From an uncultured Anaerolinea sp. (GTDB taxonomy: Bacteria > Chloroflexota > Anaerolineae > Anaerolineales > Anaerolineaceae), in NCBI GenBank assembly GCA_964597505.1, contig CAZQXI010000002.1, positions 92,775 to 156,774 on the forward strand: 64,000 nucleotides of DNA. The letters run 5' to 3'. A program made the translations under genes and the position numbers. Numbering within the stretch: position 1 is the first letter of the stretch; every line of letters begins with the position of its first letter. Positions 9,361 to 18,671 of the stretch are shown here, piece by piece. Under the pieces are notes generated by a model. It saw nothing but the letters and a program-made list of their open reading frames with translations. It did not search any database and was not told where the DNA came from.

Positions 9361-10260
9361 TTACAGGCCGATAGTAATAGGCTTGGATACACAATAGCCC
9401 TGGGCATTGTCTTCAGTACAAAGTTTCACGGTGAGATGGATCTGGTGCCCGGTCGGATCATAGTTAAATTCACCCGGGTTTAAATTCATGGCGTAAGAGT
9501 CGTCCCCGGCCGGGATGATGTCTTGGGGATTCACAGTTGAACAACCGGAATACTGATCAAATACATTCGATGTGTGGTTGATGATGAACCCTGTGGTCGA
9601 GTCGTTACCTGTGATCGAAATATATTGCCAGGGGGTCGTGCCAACGTTTTGGATATAAAGCTTGAGGGCATATATTGAACCGCCGCAGTCGGTCAGGCCG
9701 CTGTATGTTACATTAAAAGAGGGGGCCGGTGTGCGGGTTGGTGTTGAGGTGGGCTGCAAGGTTGCGAGTTTCAGACCATCAACATTTCCGCTCGGCGTGA
9801 GGCCTTTGCCAAAGATCCAACAAGTACTGTTTTCTTCATAAGGGTTCTTAACGAAATAGGAATTATTTTCAGGATTGCGTGCTATCACTTCTACTAGTTG
9901 ACCAGATTTGATGATGGCCACGGATTTAAATTCAGCCACAGGGGCGCCTTGGCGGCAATAGGTATCTTTTGGAACCACCAACGAGACAACCTCTGAAGTG
10001 GGCGGCAATGATTGTGTGGCCGTCGAGGTGGGCGTGAATGATTCCAACGGAGGTTGGGGGGTCAATGTAATAGTGGGCGCTCCAGCGGTCAGGGTCTGGG
10101 CAACAATGGTTCCAGCAGCTTGCTCAACGGCAGCTGCATTGTTTGCGGCAGGTGATACTTCTGATGTCACTGAAGCACCTTTTGTGGGTAGATTGCATGC
10201 AGTCAATGTAAGAATAACCGCAAAAACCAGTACTGTTGAAAAAATCCGTTTGGATCTCAT
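9361..10260 (-). CDS. secreted lipoprotein, paralog 2
   Basis: Lipobox LTLTAC; TYCRQGAPV...NSTCW; YSGLTDCGG; YSGCS; KLCTEDNAQGYC. Confidence 0.7.
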   Translation of the reverse strand: MRSKRIFSTVLVFAVILTLTACNLPTKGASVTSEVSPAANNAAAVEQAAGTIVAQTLTAGAPTITLTPQPPLESFTPTSTATQSLPPTSEVVSLVVPKDTYCRQGAPVAEFKSVAIIKSGQLVEVIARNPENNSYFVKNPYEENSTCWIFGKGLTPSGNVDGLKLATLQPTSTPTRTPAPSFNVTYSGLTDCGGSIYALKLYIQNVGTTPWQYISITGNDSTTGFIINHTSNVFDQYSGCSTVNPQDIIPAGDDSYAMNLNPGEFNYDPTGHQIHLTVKLCTEDNAQGYCVSKPITIGL

Positions 10261-10285
10261 ATTAACTCCTGGTTTCTTTCAAAAT

Positions 10286-11218
10286 CTACGGTGTAAACGA
10301 AATGGGTTTGGATAAACAGGTACCCAGGCCATTATTCTCTGAGCACAACTTCACGACAAGATTAATTAGGTTTCCGGTCGGATTGTAATTTAACTGTCCA
10401 GGTGCAACAGCCAGAACATAAGATTCCTCGCCGGTGGTCAGGTCTTCCTGTGATAGGGTGATACCGCATCCGGAATAGGTGTTGAATTTGTTGCTGGTGT
10501 GGTTGATTACAAAAGCAGTGACCGAGTCAGTACCTGAAATGGATACATATTGCCAAATGGTTGGACCGGTATTTCGAACGAACAGCTTGATCCCCCATTG
10601 GCCGCCACAAGTTTCCAACCCTGAATAAGAAACGTTGAAATTAATCGCCGGAGTGGGTGTAAACGTCGGTGTGGGGGTGGGGTTCATGGTGGCAACCACT
10701 AACCCGGCAGCATTGCCTGTGACGGTGGCATATTTTCCGTATAACCAACATGTTGAATTGGCTTCATAGGGATTCTTTACATAATAAGAATCGTTTTCGG
10801 GATTGCGGGCGATCACTTCCACTTTTTGACCTATCTTCACGGTTGCTAAAATCTTAAATGAAGAATAGGGGCCGCCAAAACGGCAGTAGGTGTCTTGTGA
10901 AACTGTCAGGAACACCCCTTCAAGGGTGGGCGTTAAAGTAATGGTGGGTGAAAGAGTTGGTGTGAAGGTGGCTTCCGGGGGCACTTGTAGGGTATTAGTG
11001 CTGGTGCTCACCTGAGGGGCGCCGGAGTTTCCGGCTGAGAGTGTCTGGGCAACCATGGTCTGGGCGGCCTGTTCAATGTCCACCCTGGCTGCTACTGTTC
11101 CCGCAATATCGGGTGTAACTTCCGCTGAGGTACCGACCATTGGCAGATTGCAAGCGGATAATGTAAGGATGAGGGTGAATACAATACCTGTTATAAGTAC
11201 ACGTTTTGCCATCATCAT
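10286..11218 (-). CDS. secreted lipoprotein, paralog 3
   Basis: Lipobox LTLSAC; ~60% identity by eye to paralog 2 across both domains. Confidence 0.7.
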   Translation of the reverse strand: MMMAKRVLITGIVFTLILTLSACNLPMVGTSAEVTPDIAGTVAARVDIEQAAQTMVAQTLSAGNSGAPQVSTSTNTLQVPPEATFTPTLSPTITLTPTLEGVFLTVSQDTYCRFGGPYSSFKILATVKIGQKVEVIARNPENDSYYVKNPYEANSTCWLYGKYATVTGNAAGLVVATMNPTPTPTFTPTPAINFNVSYSGLETCGGQWGIKLFVRNTGPTIWQYVSISGTDSVTAFVINHTSNKFNTYSGCGITLSQEDLTTGEESYVLAVAPGQLNYNPTGNLINLVVKLCSENNGLGTCLSKPISFTP

Positions 11219-11255
11219 TTCTCTCCTAATCTGTAAACAATGAACCGATAATCAC

Positions 11256-12137
11256 TTATGGCGTAAAGTTGATGATTTTTGGATTACATCCACCTGGGGC
11301 ATCAGTCTGGCAAACTTGAATGACTGCGGTCATGGAATGTCCAGTGGGATCATAAGAGAATTTTCCAGCGGGATAAGCGGCAACATTGCTGGACTCTCCT
11401 GGGAACAAATCCGATTCCGTTGCTCCAGCTGCACAACCGGTGTAATCAACAAAGGATGTACTGCTGAATGAAGTCTTGGTCAGGTTGGCATTATCAGTAA
11501 TGTCAATTAGAACTGCCTGCCAGGTTTTAGAACCGGTGTTTTTGATGAAAAAGCGCAGGTAATAATCTGCTCCGCAGCTTTGCAGGCCAACATATGAAGC
11601 CGAGAATTCAGGGCCAGCAGTGGGAGTGCGGGTTGGGGTGGGCAGCGGTTGAGGGGTGTAAATTGGTAAAGTGGATGTGTCGCCGCTGACAGTGGCAAAC
11701 TCACCCCATAACCAGCAATAGGTAAAGGTGTGGTTGGGTTCAACGACGTAATAGGCTTCGTTTTTGGGATCCACTGCGAGTACGTCTATTGTCTGTCCGG
11801 CGGTCATTAAAGCTACAAAGGGCGATTTGGCAAAAATACCGTTTCTGCAGTATGTGTCTTTGGATAAGGTGAGGGTGACTTTTTCAGGTGTGGCGGTGAA
11901 CTCGCTGGTGGCGGTGGCCTGGGGGGTTGCGGTTTCAGTGGGATTTTGCAGGGCATAGGCTGTCTGTGTAACAGCAGACTGCGTCTGCAAAGCAGCCATG
12001 GTTTGTTCCACGGCCACATTGACAGCAATGGTTGCCGCCAGGTCCGGGGTTGGCGCAGCGGTGGTTGTACATCCGCTGACCAGGATCAAAAGCATGACTG
12101 TGACCATGCTGATCATTCTCATTTTAGTTTTCATCAA
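11256..12137 (-). CDS. secreted lipoprotein, paralog 4
   Basis: Lipobox LVSGC; TYCRNG...TYCW; YVGLQSCGA; YTGCA; QVCQTDAPGGC. Confidence 0.7.
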   Translation of the reverse strand: MMKTKMRMISMVTVMLLILVSGCTTTAAPTPDLAATIAVNVAVEQTMAALQTQSAVTQTAYALQNPTETATPQATATSEFTATPEKVTLTLSKDTYCRNGIFAKSPFVALMTAGQTIDVLAVDPKNEAYYVVEPNHTFTYCWLWGEFATVSGDTSTLPIYTPQPLPTPTRTPTAGPEFSASYVGLQSCGADYYLRFFIKNTGSKTWQAVLIDITDNANLTKTSFSSTSFVDYTGCAAGATESDLFPGESSNVAAYPAGKFSYDPTGHSMTAVIQVCQTDAPGGCNPKIINFTP

Positions 12138-12194
12138 ATCCTCCTGTTAATATATATAGTAAAGTGTAGCAATCCAAAATGCAAGCGTTTTTGA

Positions 12195-12878
12195 TCAATC
12201 GTAAGGGGGGTGCGCTTTCAATTCTTTGAGGTCTATTTTCTTCATGGTTTCATTTTTGGGGCTGATTAGATAGGCAGAGCCGTTGCGATGCAGCAGTGGA
12301 ATACGCCTGTGGACGGCAAGGTAATATTCCCGCACTTCTTCAGAAAGCGCCGCATAACTGTCAAAATCATCCATCCAGTATGAAAAAATTATGTCAAAGG
12401 TTTTAATGAATTCCTGACGATATTCCGGGGTGACTTGTTCCATGTGGCTCAGGATCCAACATTTGGATTCAAACTCCCAGTCGTGGGCCAGTCCGATAAA
12501 ACGGTAATCGCTGGTGATATATGGAAAAAACGGGAACTGCCGGCAGCTTGTGGCGCGGAAGTCACGTTCGCAGTGGGTAGGACCTTTACATGAGAGCAGC
12601 AAAAGATGTTCGGGGGTTTCCTCCATCAAGTCGTCGGGATTCATCGGCTCATCGCTGCATTCGTCTCCGCGCCAGAGGTGCCAGAGGGCGGTGTGCATTT
12701 TCAAATAATCCCATTCGGGTTTGTAAGCCACCGGCACGGCGTGGCAAATGTCGCAGCAATAAGGTTTGCCGGAGGGGTTGAAGGGGGCGCACATTTTTCC
12801 GCAATCCAGCGGAGTCGTGGATGCATTAAAACCGGCCAGCAGTTTTTGAAAATCAATTTGTTGTGTGTTGTTGTCCAT
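12195..12878 (-). CDS. cytoplasmic cysteine-cluster protein, possibly divergent YkgJ/UPF0153 (CxxCxxCC) family
   Basis: No signal peptide; DCGKMC...YCCDIC and RATSCRQFPFF resemble the YkgJ CxxCGxCC ... RPxxCRxF pattern; about 12 Cys. Confidence 0.4.
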   Translation of the reverse strand: MDNNTQQIDFQKLLAGFNASTTPLDCGKMCAPFNPSGKPYCCDICHAVPVAYKPEWDYLKMHTALWHLWRGDECSDEPMNPDDLMEETPEHLLLLSCKGPTHCERDFRATSCRQFPFFPYITSDYRFIGLAHDWEFESKCWILSHMEQVTPEYRQEFIKTFDIIFSYWMDDFDSYAALSEEVREYYLAVHRRIPLLHRNGSAYLISPKNETMKKIDLKELKAHPPYD

Positions 12879-12920
12879 AACTCCATTTTATCGCTGTATT
12901 CGCACTTTTGAGGAAGAGTA

Positions 12921-12957
12921 TTGACAAGTAGTATACCGAACGGTATACTACTTGTCA
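12921..12957. promoter_or_regulatory. perfect 36-bp palindromic operator embedded in sigma70-like promoters on both strands
   Basis: TGACAAGTAGTATACCG-AA-CGGTATACTACTTGTCA (12922-12957); plus strand TTGACA(12921-12926)-17-TATACT(12944-12949); mirror ATGACA-17-TATACT on minus strand. Confidence 0.6.
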
Positions 12958-13523
12958 TGGATAACCGCATGATCATTCTTGAACAGGCTCTAGCTCTTTT
13001 CTCAGAGAGAGGTTACGATGCCGTCGGCGTGCAGGAAATCTGTGAAGCAGCGGGCATCACCAAACCCACGCTTTACCATTATTTCGGCAGCAAACGCGGA
13101 CTGCTGGAGGCGATCCTTGAAAAATCCTTCAGCGAATTAAAAAACCGCCTGGAAGTGGCAGCACATTATCAGGGTGATTTGCCTTTGACCTTGCAGACCA
13201 TTGCCGAGACCTATTTTTCTTTTGCCGGTGAATTTCAAGTGTTCTACCGCCTGCAGCTTGCGCTTTGGTTTGCCCCTCAAGAAAGCGAAGGCTTCAAGGC
13301 TGTTATCATTCAAAACCGGTTTCAATACGAAATACTTGAGAAGGTTTTTCTTAACGCTGTGTTTCAGCATGGAAACATGCGCGGCAGGCACCAGGCCTAC
13401 GCTTTGACTTTTTTGGGGATGCTCAATACATATATTGGGTTGGGGCTTAACGGTTTTGCCACCCTGGATGTGGAACTTGCCCGGCAGGCTGTAAGGCAGT
13501 TCCAGTATGGAATTTATTCGTAA
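12957..13523 (+). CDS. TetR/AcrR family transcriptional regulator (probably leaderless)
   Basis: MDNRMIILEQALALFSERGYDAVGVQEICEAAGITKPTLYHYF: TetR HTH; ATG sits ~8 nt after the -10 hexamer. Confidence 0.8.
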   Translation: MDNRMIILEQALALFSERGYDAVGVQEICEAAGITKPTLYHYFGSKRGLLEAILEKSFSELKNRLEVAAHYQGDLPLTLQTIAETYFSFAGEFQVFYRLQLALWFAPQESEGFKAVIIQNRFQYEILEKVFLNAVFQHGNMRGRHQAYALTFLGMLNTYIGLGLNGFATLDVELARQAVRQFQYGIYS

Positions 13524-13569
13524 TTGATTTTTTGGGCGGGTCTTGGACCTGCCCCTACAAGGGACAAAA

Positions 13570-14916
13570 ATGAATTGGATTGATCAAAGTGTTTTTTATC
13601 ATATTTATCCGCTCGGGTTGGGCGGCGCACAGTTTCATAATGATTTCAGCCAACCGCCGGTAGACCGCCTGGACGCATTGCATCCGTGGCTGGAACACAT
13701 GGCTGTCATGGGGATCAATGCCCTGTACATCGGTCCGTTGTTTGAATCGGTTTGGCATGGGTATGACACAGTGGATTACTACAACATTGACCGACGGTTG
13801 GGCACCAACCAGACTTTCGCACGTTTTTCAGCGCGGGCGCATGAACTGGGGATAAAGGTCGTCCTGGATGCGGTCTTCAATCATGTCGGGCGCGGTTTTT
13901 GGGCGTTTCGGGATGTGCTTGAAAAACGCCAGGCTTCACGTTTCTGCGGGTGGTTTTCGGGTTTGAAATTTGAGAACGACAATTCATTTCATGACGGATT
14001 GTCTTATGACAGTTGGGCCGGTCATGAAACATTGGTAAAACTAAATCTTTCCAACGAGGAAGTACGCAGCCATTTATTTGGCGCGATTAAGCAGTGGATC
14101 GAAGATTATCATATTGACGGCTTGCGATTGGACGCCGCGGATGTGATGGATAAAGATTTCTTATCCTCTTTAGCGGGTTTTTCAAAGAATCTCAAACCCG
14201 ATTTTTGGCTGATGGGTGAGGTGGTGCACGGCGATTACACCCAATGGGTGCGCCCCGACCGGCTGGATTCGGTGACCAATTACATTGCCTACAAGGGGTT
14301 GTACTCCAGCTTCAATGACCATAATATGTTTGAAATTGCCTACACCTTGCAGCAGCAATTTGGAGCGGATGCTAAACTCCGCGGCCTGGGGTTGTATTCC
14401 TTTGTCGATAACCACGACGTCAGCCGCGCAGCCAGCATTCTGAATAACCCGGCAGCCTTGCTGCCCATGTATCAGTTAATGTTCAGCATGCCGGGCATTC
14501 CTTCCATTTACTATGGCAGCGAATTCGGTATCCGTGGACGCAAGGAGGAGCAAGATGCAACTTTGCGCCCGGCACTTAACCTGCAGGACCTGTTGACACA
14601 TGCCGAGCGCCTGGATCTGTATGAAGCGCTCAAAAAAATGATCAAGATTCGCAGGGAACACCCCGCATTCTTCACCGGCGCCTACCAGCAGCTCTATTTA
14701 ACCAATGAACAATTTGCATTCAGCCGTGAATTGCAAAATGGTTTGGCCGTCACAGTGATCAATGCCGCTGACCATCTCGTCTTGGTGGATATTCCGCTGG
14801 GCGGCGGCCAGATGCGGTTTATGGATTTGATGGATAACGAGGTCGTTTATGAAGTAAAAGACGGCTGCCTGCACCTGGAGCTTCCGCCTTATTCTGCCAA
14901 ATGGATGTTAGGTTAA
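13570..14916 (+). CDS. glycoside hydrolase family 13 (alpha-amylase family) enzyme
   Basis: MNWIDQSVFYHIYPLG..., GLRLDAADVMDKDF (catalytic Asp region), ...VDNHD; RBS aaggga before ATG 13570. Confidence 0.85.
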   Translation: MNWIDQSVFYHIYPLGLGGAQFHNDFSQPPVDRLDALHPWLEHMAVMGINALYIGPLFESVWHGYDTVDYYNIDRRLGTNQTFARFSARAHELGIKVVLDAVFNHVGRGFWAFRDVLEKRQASRFCGWFSGLKFENDNSFHDGLSYDSWAGHETLVKLNLSNEEVRSHLFGAIKQWIEDYHIDGLRLDAADVMDKDFLSSLAGFSKNLKPDFWLMGEVVHGDYTQWVRPDRLDSVTNYIAYKGLYSSFNDHNMFEIAYTLQQQFGADAKLRGLGLYSFVDNHDVSRAASILNNPAALLPMYQLMFSMPGIPSIYYGSEFGIRGRKEEQDATLRPALNLQDLLTHAERLDLYEALKKMIKIRREHPAFFTGAYQQLYLTNEQFAFSRELQNGLAVTVINAADHLVLVDIPLGGGQMRFMDLMDNEVVYEVKDGCLHLELPPYSAKWMLG

Positions 14917-14987
14917 TATCTTTACAAGAATCGTGAGTCTGATTTTTGATTCCCGATTCTTACCCCTTTTGCGTTTAGGCCACAAAG

Positions 14988-15020
14988 AAGAACCCCGCGG
15001 TTATTAACCGCGGGGTTCTT
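14988..15020. terminator. 13-bp GC-rich hairpin between convergent genes (candidate bidirectional terminator)
   Basis: aagaaccccgcgg ttattaa ccgcggggttctt. Confidence 0.5.
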
Positions 15021-15047
15021 GAAAAAGCAGATTCAATTTTGTGTTTT

Positions 15048-16310
15048 CTATGCACTTTCAGTCGCACCGATGACAGGTTCTTCTTCGGTTGGTTGAAAGC
15101 GTTTCTGTTTGCCGAGGACAGCATGCAACCCGAAGAAGGCAAACGCAGCCACCGCGCATAGAATACCGCCGATATACCAAAGCAGGTTGGGGTCCAGGTT
15201 ATCGAGGATCACCCCGGCCAGGTATGGAGCAACCACGCCCGGGATGGACCAGGTCATGCCAAACACACCCATGTACCTGCCGCGCATATCTTCAGGGGCA
15301 AAACCGGCCACCAGCACCTGGCTAGTAGGCACCACCAGCATCTCACCCATGGTCACCACGATGATGGCTGCCACGAACATCCAGTAGATATTGACAAACC
15401 CAAACATGCTGAATCCGATCATGTAGAAGAGGGTTCCAACAGCCATGATCAAGAAAGGCGCCTTGTTCTTGATATAACGGGTGACGCTGAACTGAAACAG
15501 GATCACCACTACCGCGCTGGCGGTCAGTAAAAATCCGTAACCGCTTGGGTCAATATGGTGAACATCCCGCAGGTAGACCGAAAGCGAGTTGTACATTTGC
15601 TGGTAGACCAATCCCATTAAGATCAGCGCGACCAAAAAGGCCATGAATGCTTTATTGGTAACGACTTTGCCGTAACCTAAAAAGGTTTTAAACAGACTTT
15701 CCTGTTTGTGTTCTTCATGTACCTCGGGTTTGGTTTCAGAGATGAACAGGAAGAAAAGTAAAGCCACAAAACAACTGATGATCGCATCAATGATGAAGAG
15801 CGCCAAAAATGATTTTGCGGCAACAAAGCCGCCAATGGTCGGTCCAATGATCCAGGCCATGTTACCCACCACGCGCAAAATGCCAAAACCTTCCTGGCGT
15901 TTTTGCTCGGGCAGAATATCTGCGATCATGGCGCCGTGAGCAGGCCCCGCCATATCAGAGAGCAGCCCAATCACCACTGCCAATGGGATGAGCACCGAGA
16001 ACTCTTTGACCAGACCGAGAGTCAGGGTGCTGAGGGCGCTAAAAATCAAGCCGAAGATAATCAGGTTGCGGCGGCCGAATTTATCAGTCAACGCACCGCC
16101 GATCATTTGTCCGAATAAACCTGAGAGTGCAAATATACCCAGCACGATACCGGCTTCAGTCATGCCGACGTTGAATTTCTGAGTGATATAGAGTGAGAAG
16201 AACGGGAACAGCATTGTCCCGCCAACATGGTCAATGAAAGAGACACCAACCACTATCCAGAATTTGCGCGGGAATTCCCGGGCAATTTTAGAAAAGTTCA
16301 TATTTAACAT
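15048..16310 (-). CDS. MFS transporter
   Basis: 420 aa, 12 predicted TM, DKFGRR motif. Confidence 0.9.
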   Translation of the reverse strand: MLNMNFSKIAREFPRKFWIVVGVSFIDHVGGTMLFPFFSLYITQKFNVGMTEAGIVLGIFALSGLFGQMIGGALTDKFGRRNLIIFGLIFSALSTLTLGLVKEFSVLIPLAVVIGLLSDMAGPAHGAMIADILPEQKRQEGFGILRVVGNMAWIIGPTIGGFVAAKSFLALFIIDAIISCFVALLFFLFISETKPEVHEEHKQESLFKTFLGYGKVVTNKAFMAFLVALILMGLVYQQMYNSLSVYLRDVHHIDPSGYGFLLTASAVVVILFQFSVTRYIKNKAPFLIMAVGTLFYMIGFSMFGFVNIYWMFVAAIIVVTMGEMLVVPTSQVLVAGFAPEDMRGRYMGVFGMTWSIPGVVAPYLAGVILDNLDPNLLWYIGGILCAVAAFAFFGLHAVLGKQKRFQPTEEEPVIGATESA

Positions 16311-16599
16311 AATGAATTACCTTTGAATGGCAACAAAATAAAAGCTGACCACCTCAAGTGGCAGACACAATGGATTTCAAATGAATGAAATCAGACGGCG
16401 TTATTAATACGCTGGGAAATTAATGAAGTTGCATCATGGGAGAAGAGTTACCCCTTTCGGCATAAGGGAAAAACACCATACCGACCTGTCGGTCATAAAT
16501 ACACACTGGCTGCTGGCTGCTGAAGCAAAAGAATTTTACTACAATTATGAAAATCCATATAATTAAGCATGAAATCATCCCCATTTCGGAGGTTCAATC

Positions 16600-17382
16600 A
16601 TGGCTGTGCATCAAACCGAGGCAATTTCTGATAAAAAGCGCAAGGTTGTTTTTGCCATACTGGGATTAACCCTGCTGCTGGCCGGATCCGTTTTTAGCGC
16701 GGATTGGATGAATTATTTCAACAAGACATCCAGCCTTTACCCGGCCATTGCCAAACCTTGCATTACGCTCCTGGCTTTTATTCTCGTCTTAATTGCAGGC
16801 GCCAATAAACTTGAACGCCGAGATTGGAAGCTGCTGCTGGCTGCTTTCTGTTGCATGCTGCCTACGGATATTCTGATGAGTCTGGTGGTGGTCAGCCCCA
16901 CACTTGGGGTTGGCGGTTGGGTTTTCATGGTTGGCGGTGCACTTTCGATCATTGCCCACGTCTTCCTGATCATCCGCGTCGGGCGGGGATTGCATTACTT
17001 GAAAAAATTCAAACTCAAGGACCTGTGGCTGCCGCTGGTGATCTACGGTGTAGCCGCGGTTATAGTGGTGGTTTTGTGGCCTGACCTTGTGCGCGTCGGA
17101 CACGGCGTGATCGGCCCCATCTACACTGCTTTCTTCTGCACCACCATGTGGTTCTCATGGGAGACCGTGAAACGCAAACTCTATCCTGCTTGCAACGCCT
17201 GGTTTGCCGCCCTGGCTGCCACCTGCTGGTTCGCCACTGAAATCCTGGGTGAGATCTACAATCTTGGACTTGGCACCATTTCCAGTATCACTTTCGGCCT
17301 GGTTTGGGTCTTTTACGGCACAAATGTGGTCCTTTGGGCGTTGAGCGGATACCGCTGGCACGCTGACAAGAAAATTCGTTAG
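16600..17382 (+). CDS. polytopic membrane protein, YhhN/lysoplasmalogenase-like (tentative)
   Basis: 260 aa, 7-8 TM helices; weak resemblance to the YhhN family. Confidence 0.45.
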   Translation: MAVHQTEAISDKKRKVVFAILGLTLLLAGSVFSADWMNYFNKTSSLYPAIAKPCITLLAFILVLIAGANKLERRDWKLLLAAFCCMLPTDILMSLVVVSPTLGVGGWVFMVGGALSIIAHVFLIIRVGRGLHYLKKFKLKDLWLPLVIYGVAAVIVVVLWPDLVRVGHGVIGPIYTAFFCTTMWFSWETVKRKLYPACNAWFAALAATCWFATEILGEIYNLGLGTISSITFGLVWVFYGTNVVLWALSGYRWHADKKIR

Positions 17383-17413
17383 TAACAAATAACGACGAAA
17401 TCACAATCTCAAA

Positions 17414-17452
17414 TTAAACGTAACCTTGTCAAGGTTGCGTTTAATTGTTTTT
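17414..17452 (+). terminator. rho-independent terminator
   Basis: aaacgtaaccttgtcaaggttgcgttt followed by aattgttttt. Confidence 0.6.
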
Positions 17453-17501
17453 AGCGGCAATTATTTTTGTTGCAGCAATATTCCAGCTTTCTGTGGGAAT
17501 A

Positions 17502-17530
17502 TTGACATTTATGACCTTATCTATTAAGAT
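17502..17530 (+). promoter_or_regulatory. candidate sigma70 promoter for the copper permease/CopZ pair
   Basis: TTGACA(17502-17507)-17-TAAGAT(17525-17530). Confidence 0.4.
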
Positions 17531-17536
17531 TTTTCC

Positions 17537-17563
17537 CTATTCATTACTCAATTATTGAATAGA
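17537..17563. promoter_or_regulatory. inverted repeat just downstream of promoter (candidate metal-regulator operator)
   Basis: ctattca-N12-tgaatag. Confidence 0.3.
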
Positions 17564-17613
17564 TTGTATTCTGCAAGTATTTTATTGTTTTTCTATGAAA
17601 GTAAAGGTGTTGG

Positions 17614-18660
17614 ATGCTGAGTTTATGGGTAGCTTTTATTACCGGTTTGACCACAGGCGGCTTGAGCTGCATGGCGGTGCAGGGAGGGTTGTTGGCCAGT
17701 TCATTGGCCAGCCAGATCGAAAAAGAAGTTGGTACACCCGATAAAAAGAGCCAACAGAAACGGTCGCCGCATATTGCCCTGCCTATAGCCCTGTTTCTGG
17801 CTGCAAAATTGATCGCCTATACATTGATGGGCGCCCTGCTTGGCGCGCTGGGATCCGTTTTGCAGATAACCCCCACCATGCGCGCCATCCTGCAATTTCT
17901 GATCGCCATTTTCATGATCGGAAACGCCCTCCGTATGCTCAATGTGCATCCGATCTTCCGATATTTTTCGTTTGAACCCCCGGCTGCGGTGACCCGCTTT
18001 ATCCGCAAAAAAGCCAAAAACAAAACTTCATTGTTTACACCGATCTTTTTAGGCGCTTTGACCATCCTGATCCCCTGCGGCATTACTCAAAGCATGATGG
18101 CAGGCGCGATTGCTACTGGAAATCCCTTCTTGGGTGCCGCACTGATGTTTGCCTTTACGCTTGGCACCTCACCGGTTTTCTTTGTTTTGTCATATTTCGC
18201 CACCAAGCTCGGATCTTTGTTGGAAAAACAATTGGTACGTGTGGTGGCGGTGGTGCTGTTGGTTTTGGGATTGCTTTCGATTGATACCGGATTGAACTTG
18301 TTGGGTTCGCCATACTCTATTACCAAGCTGCTGCAGACCGATACCCGGCCGCAGGTTGTGGAAGTTGTGGCGACCCCCGGTGCCGTGGATACTGCAAATG
18401 TGATCACCTTGAATGTGGTTAACAGCGGATATCAACCAAACGTCCTTAATGCCCCGGCCAATACTGATTTGACCCTGAACCTGGTCACAAAAAACACCAA
18501 CTCCTGTTCACGTGCTTTCTTGATCCCCGAGTTGAACATCAGTGAACTTTTGGATCAAACAGGCACCAAGTCAGTTCAAATCCCTGCACAGCCGGCCGGC
18601 AAGAAAATCGCCTTCACCTGTTCGATGGGAATGTATACCGGCGAGATCGTTTTTAACTGA
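17614..18660 (+). CDS. heavy-metal (probably Cu) permease: CcdA/DsbD-like 6-TM domain fused to C-terminal cupredoxin-like domain
   Basis: GLTTGGLSCMAVQGG and ILIPCGITQ (DsbD/CcdA-like Cys motifs); C-term CSRAFLIPELNI...FTCSMGMYTGEIVF matches the cupredoxin_1 pattern CSRE..FPELGI...FTCGMGMY. Confidence 0.65.
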   Translation: MLSLWVAFITGLTTGGLSCMAVQGGLLASSLASQIEKEVGTPDKKSQQKRSPHIALPIALFLAAKLIAYTLMGALLGALGSVLQITPTMRAILQFLIAIFMIGNALRMLNVHPIFRYFSFEPPAAVTRFIRKKAKNKTSLFTPIFLGALTILIPCGITQSMMAGAIATGNPFLGAALMFAFTLGTSPVFFVLSYFATKLGSLLEKQLVRVVAVVLLVLGLLSIDTGLNLLGSPYSITKLLQTDTRPQVVEVVATPGAVDTANVITLNVVNSGYQPNVLNAPANTDLTLNLVTKNTNSCSRAFLIPELNISELLDQTGTKSVQIPAQPAGKKIAFTCSMGMYTGEIVFN

Positions 18661-18671
18661 TCAAGGAAACC

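Noticed and set aside
16311-16599. 289-nt leader between divergent MFS and YhhN-like genes, examined as a possible riboswitch
   Set aside because: Only a small hairpin (ccgacctgtcggtc) was seen, with no recognisable riboswitch consensus. It is more likely divergent promoters.
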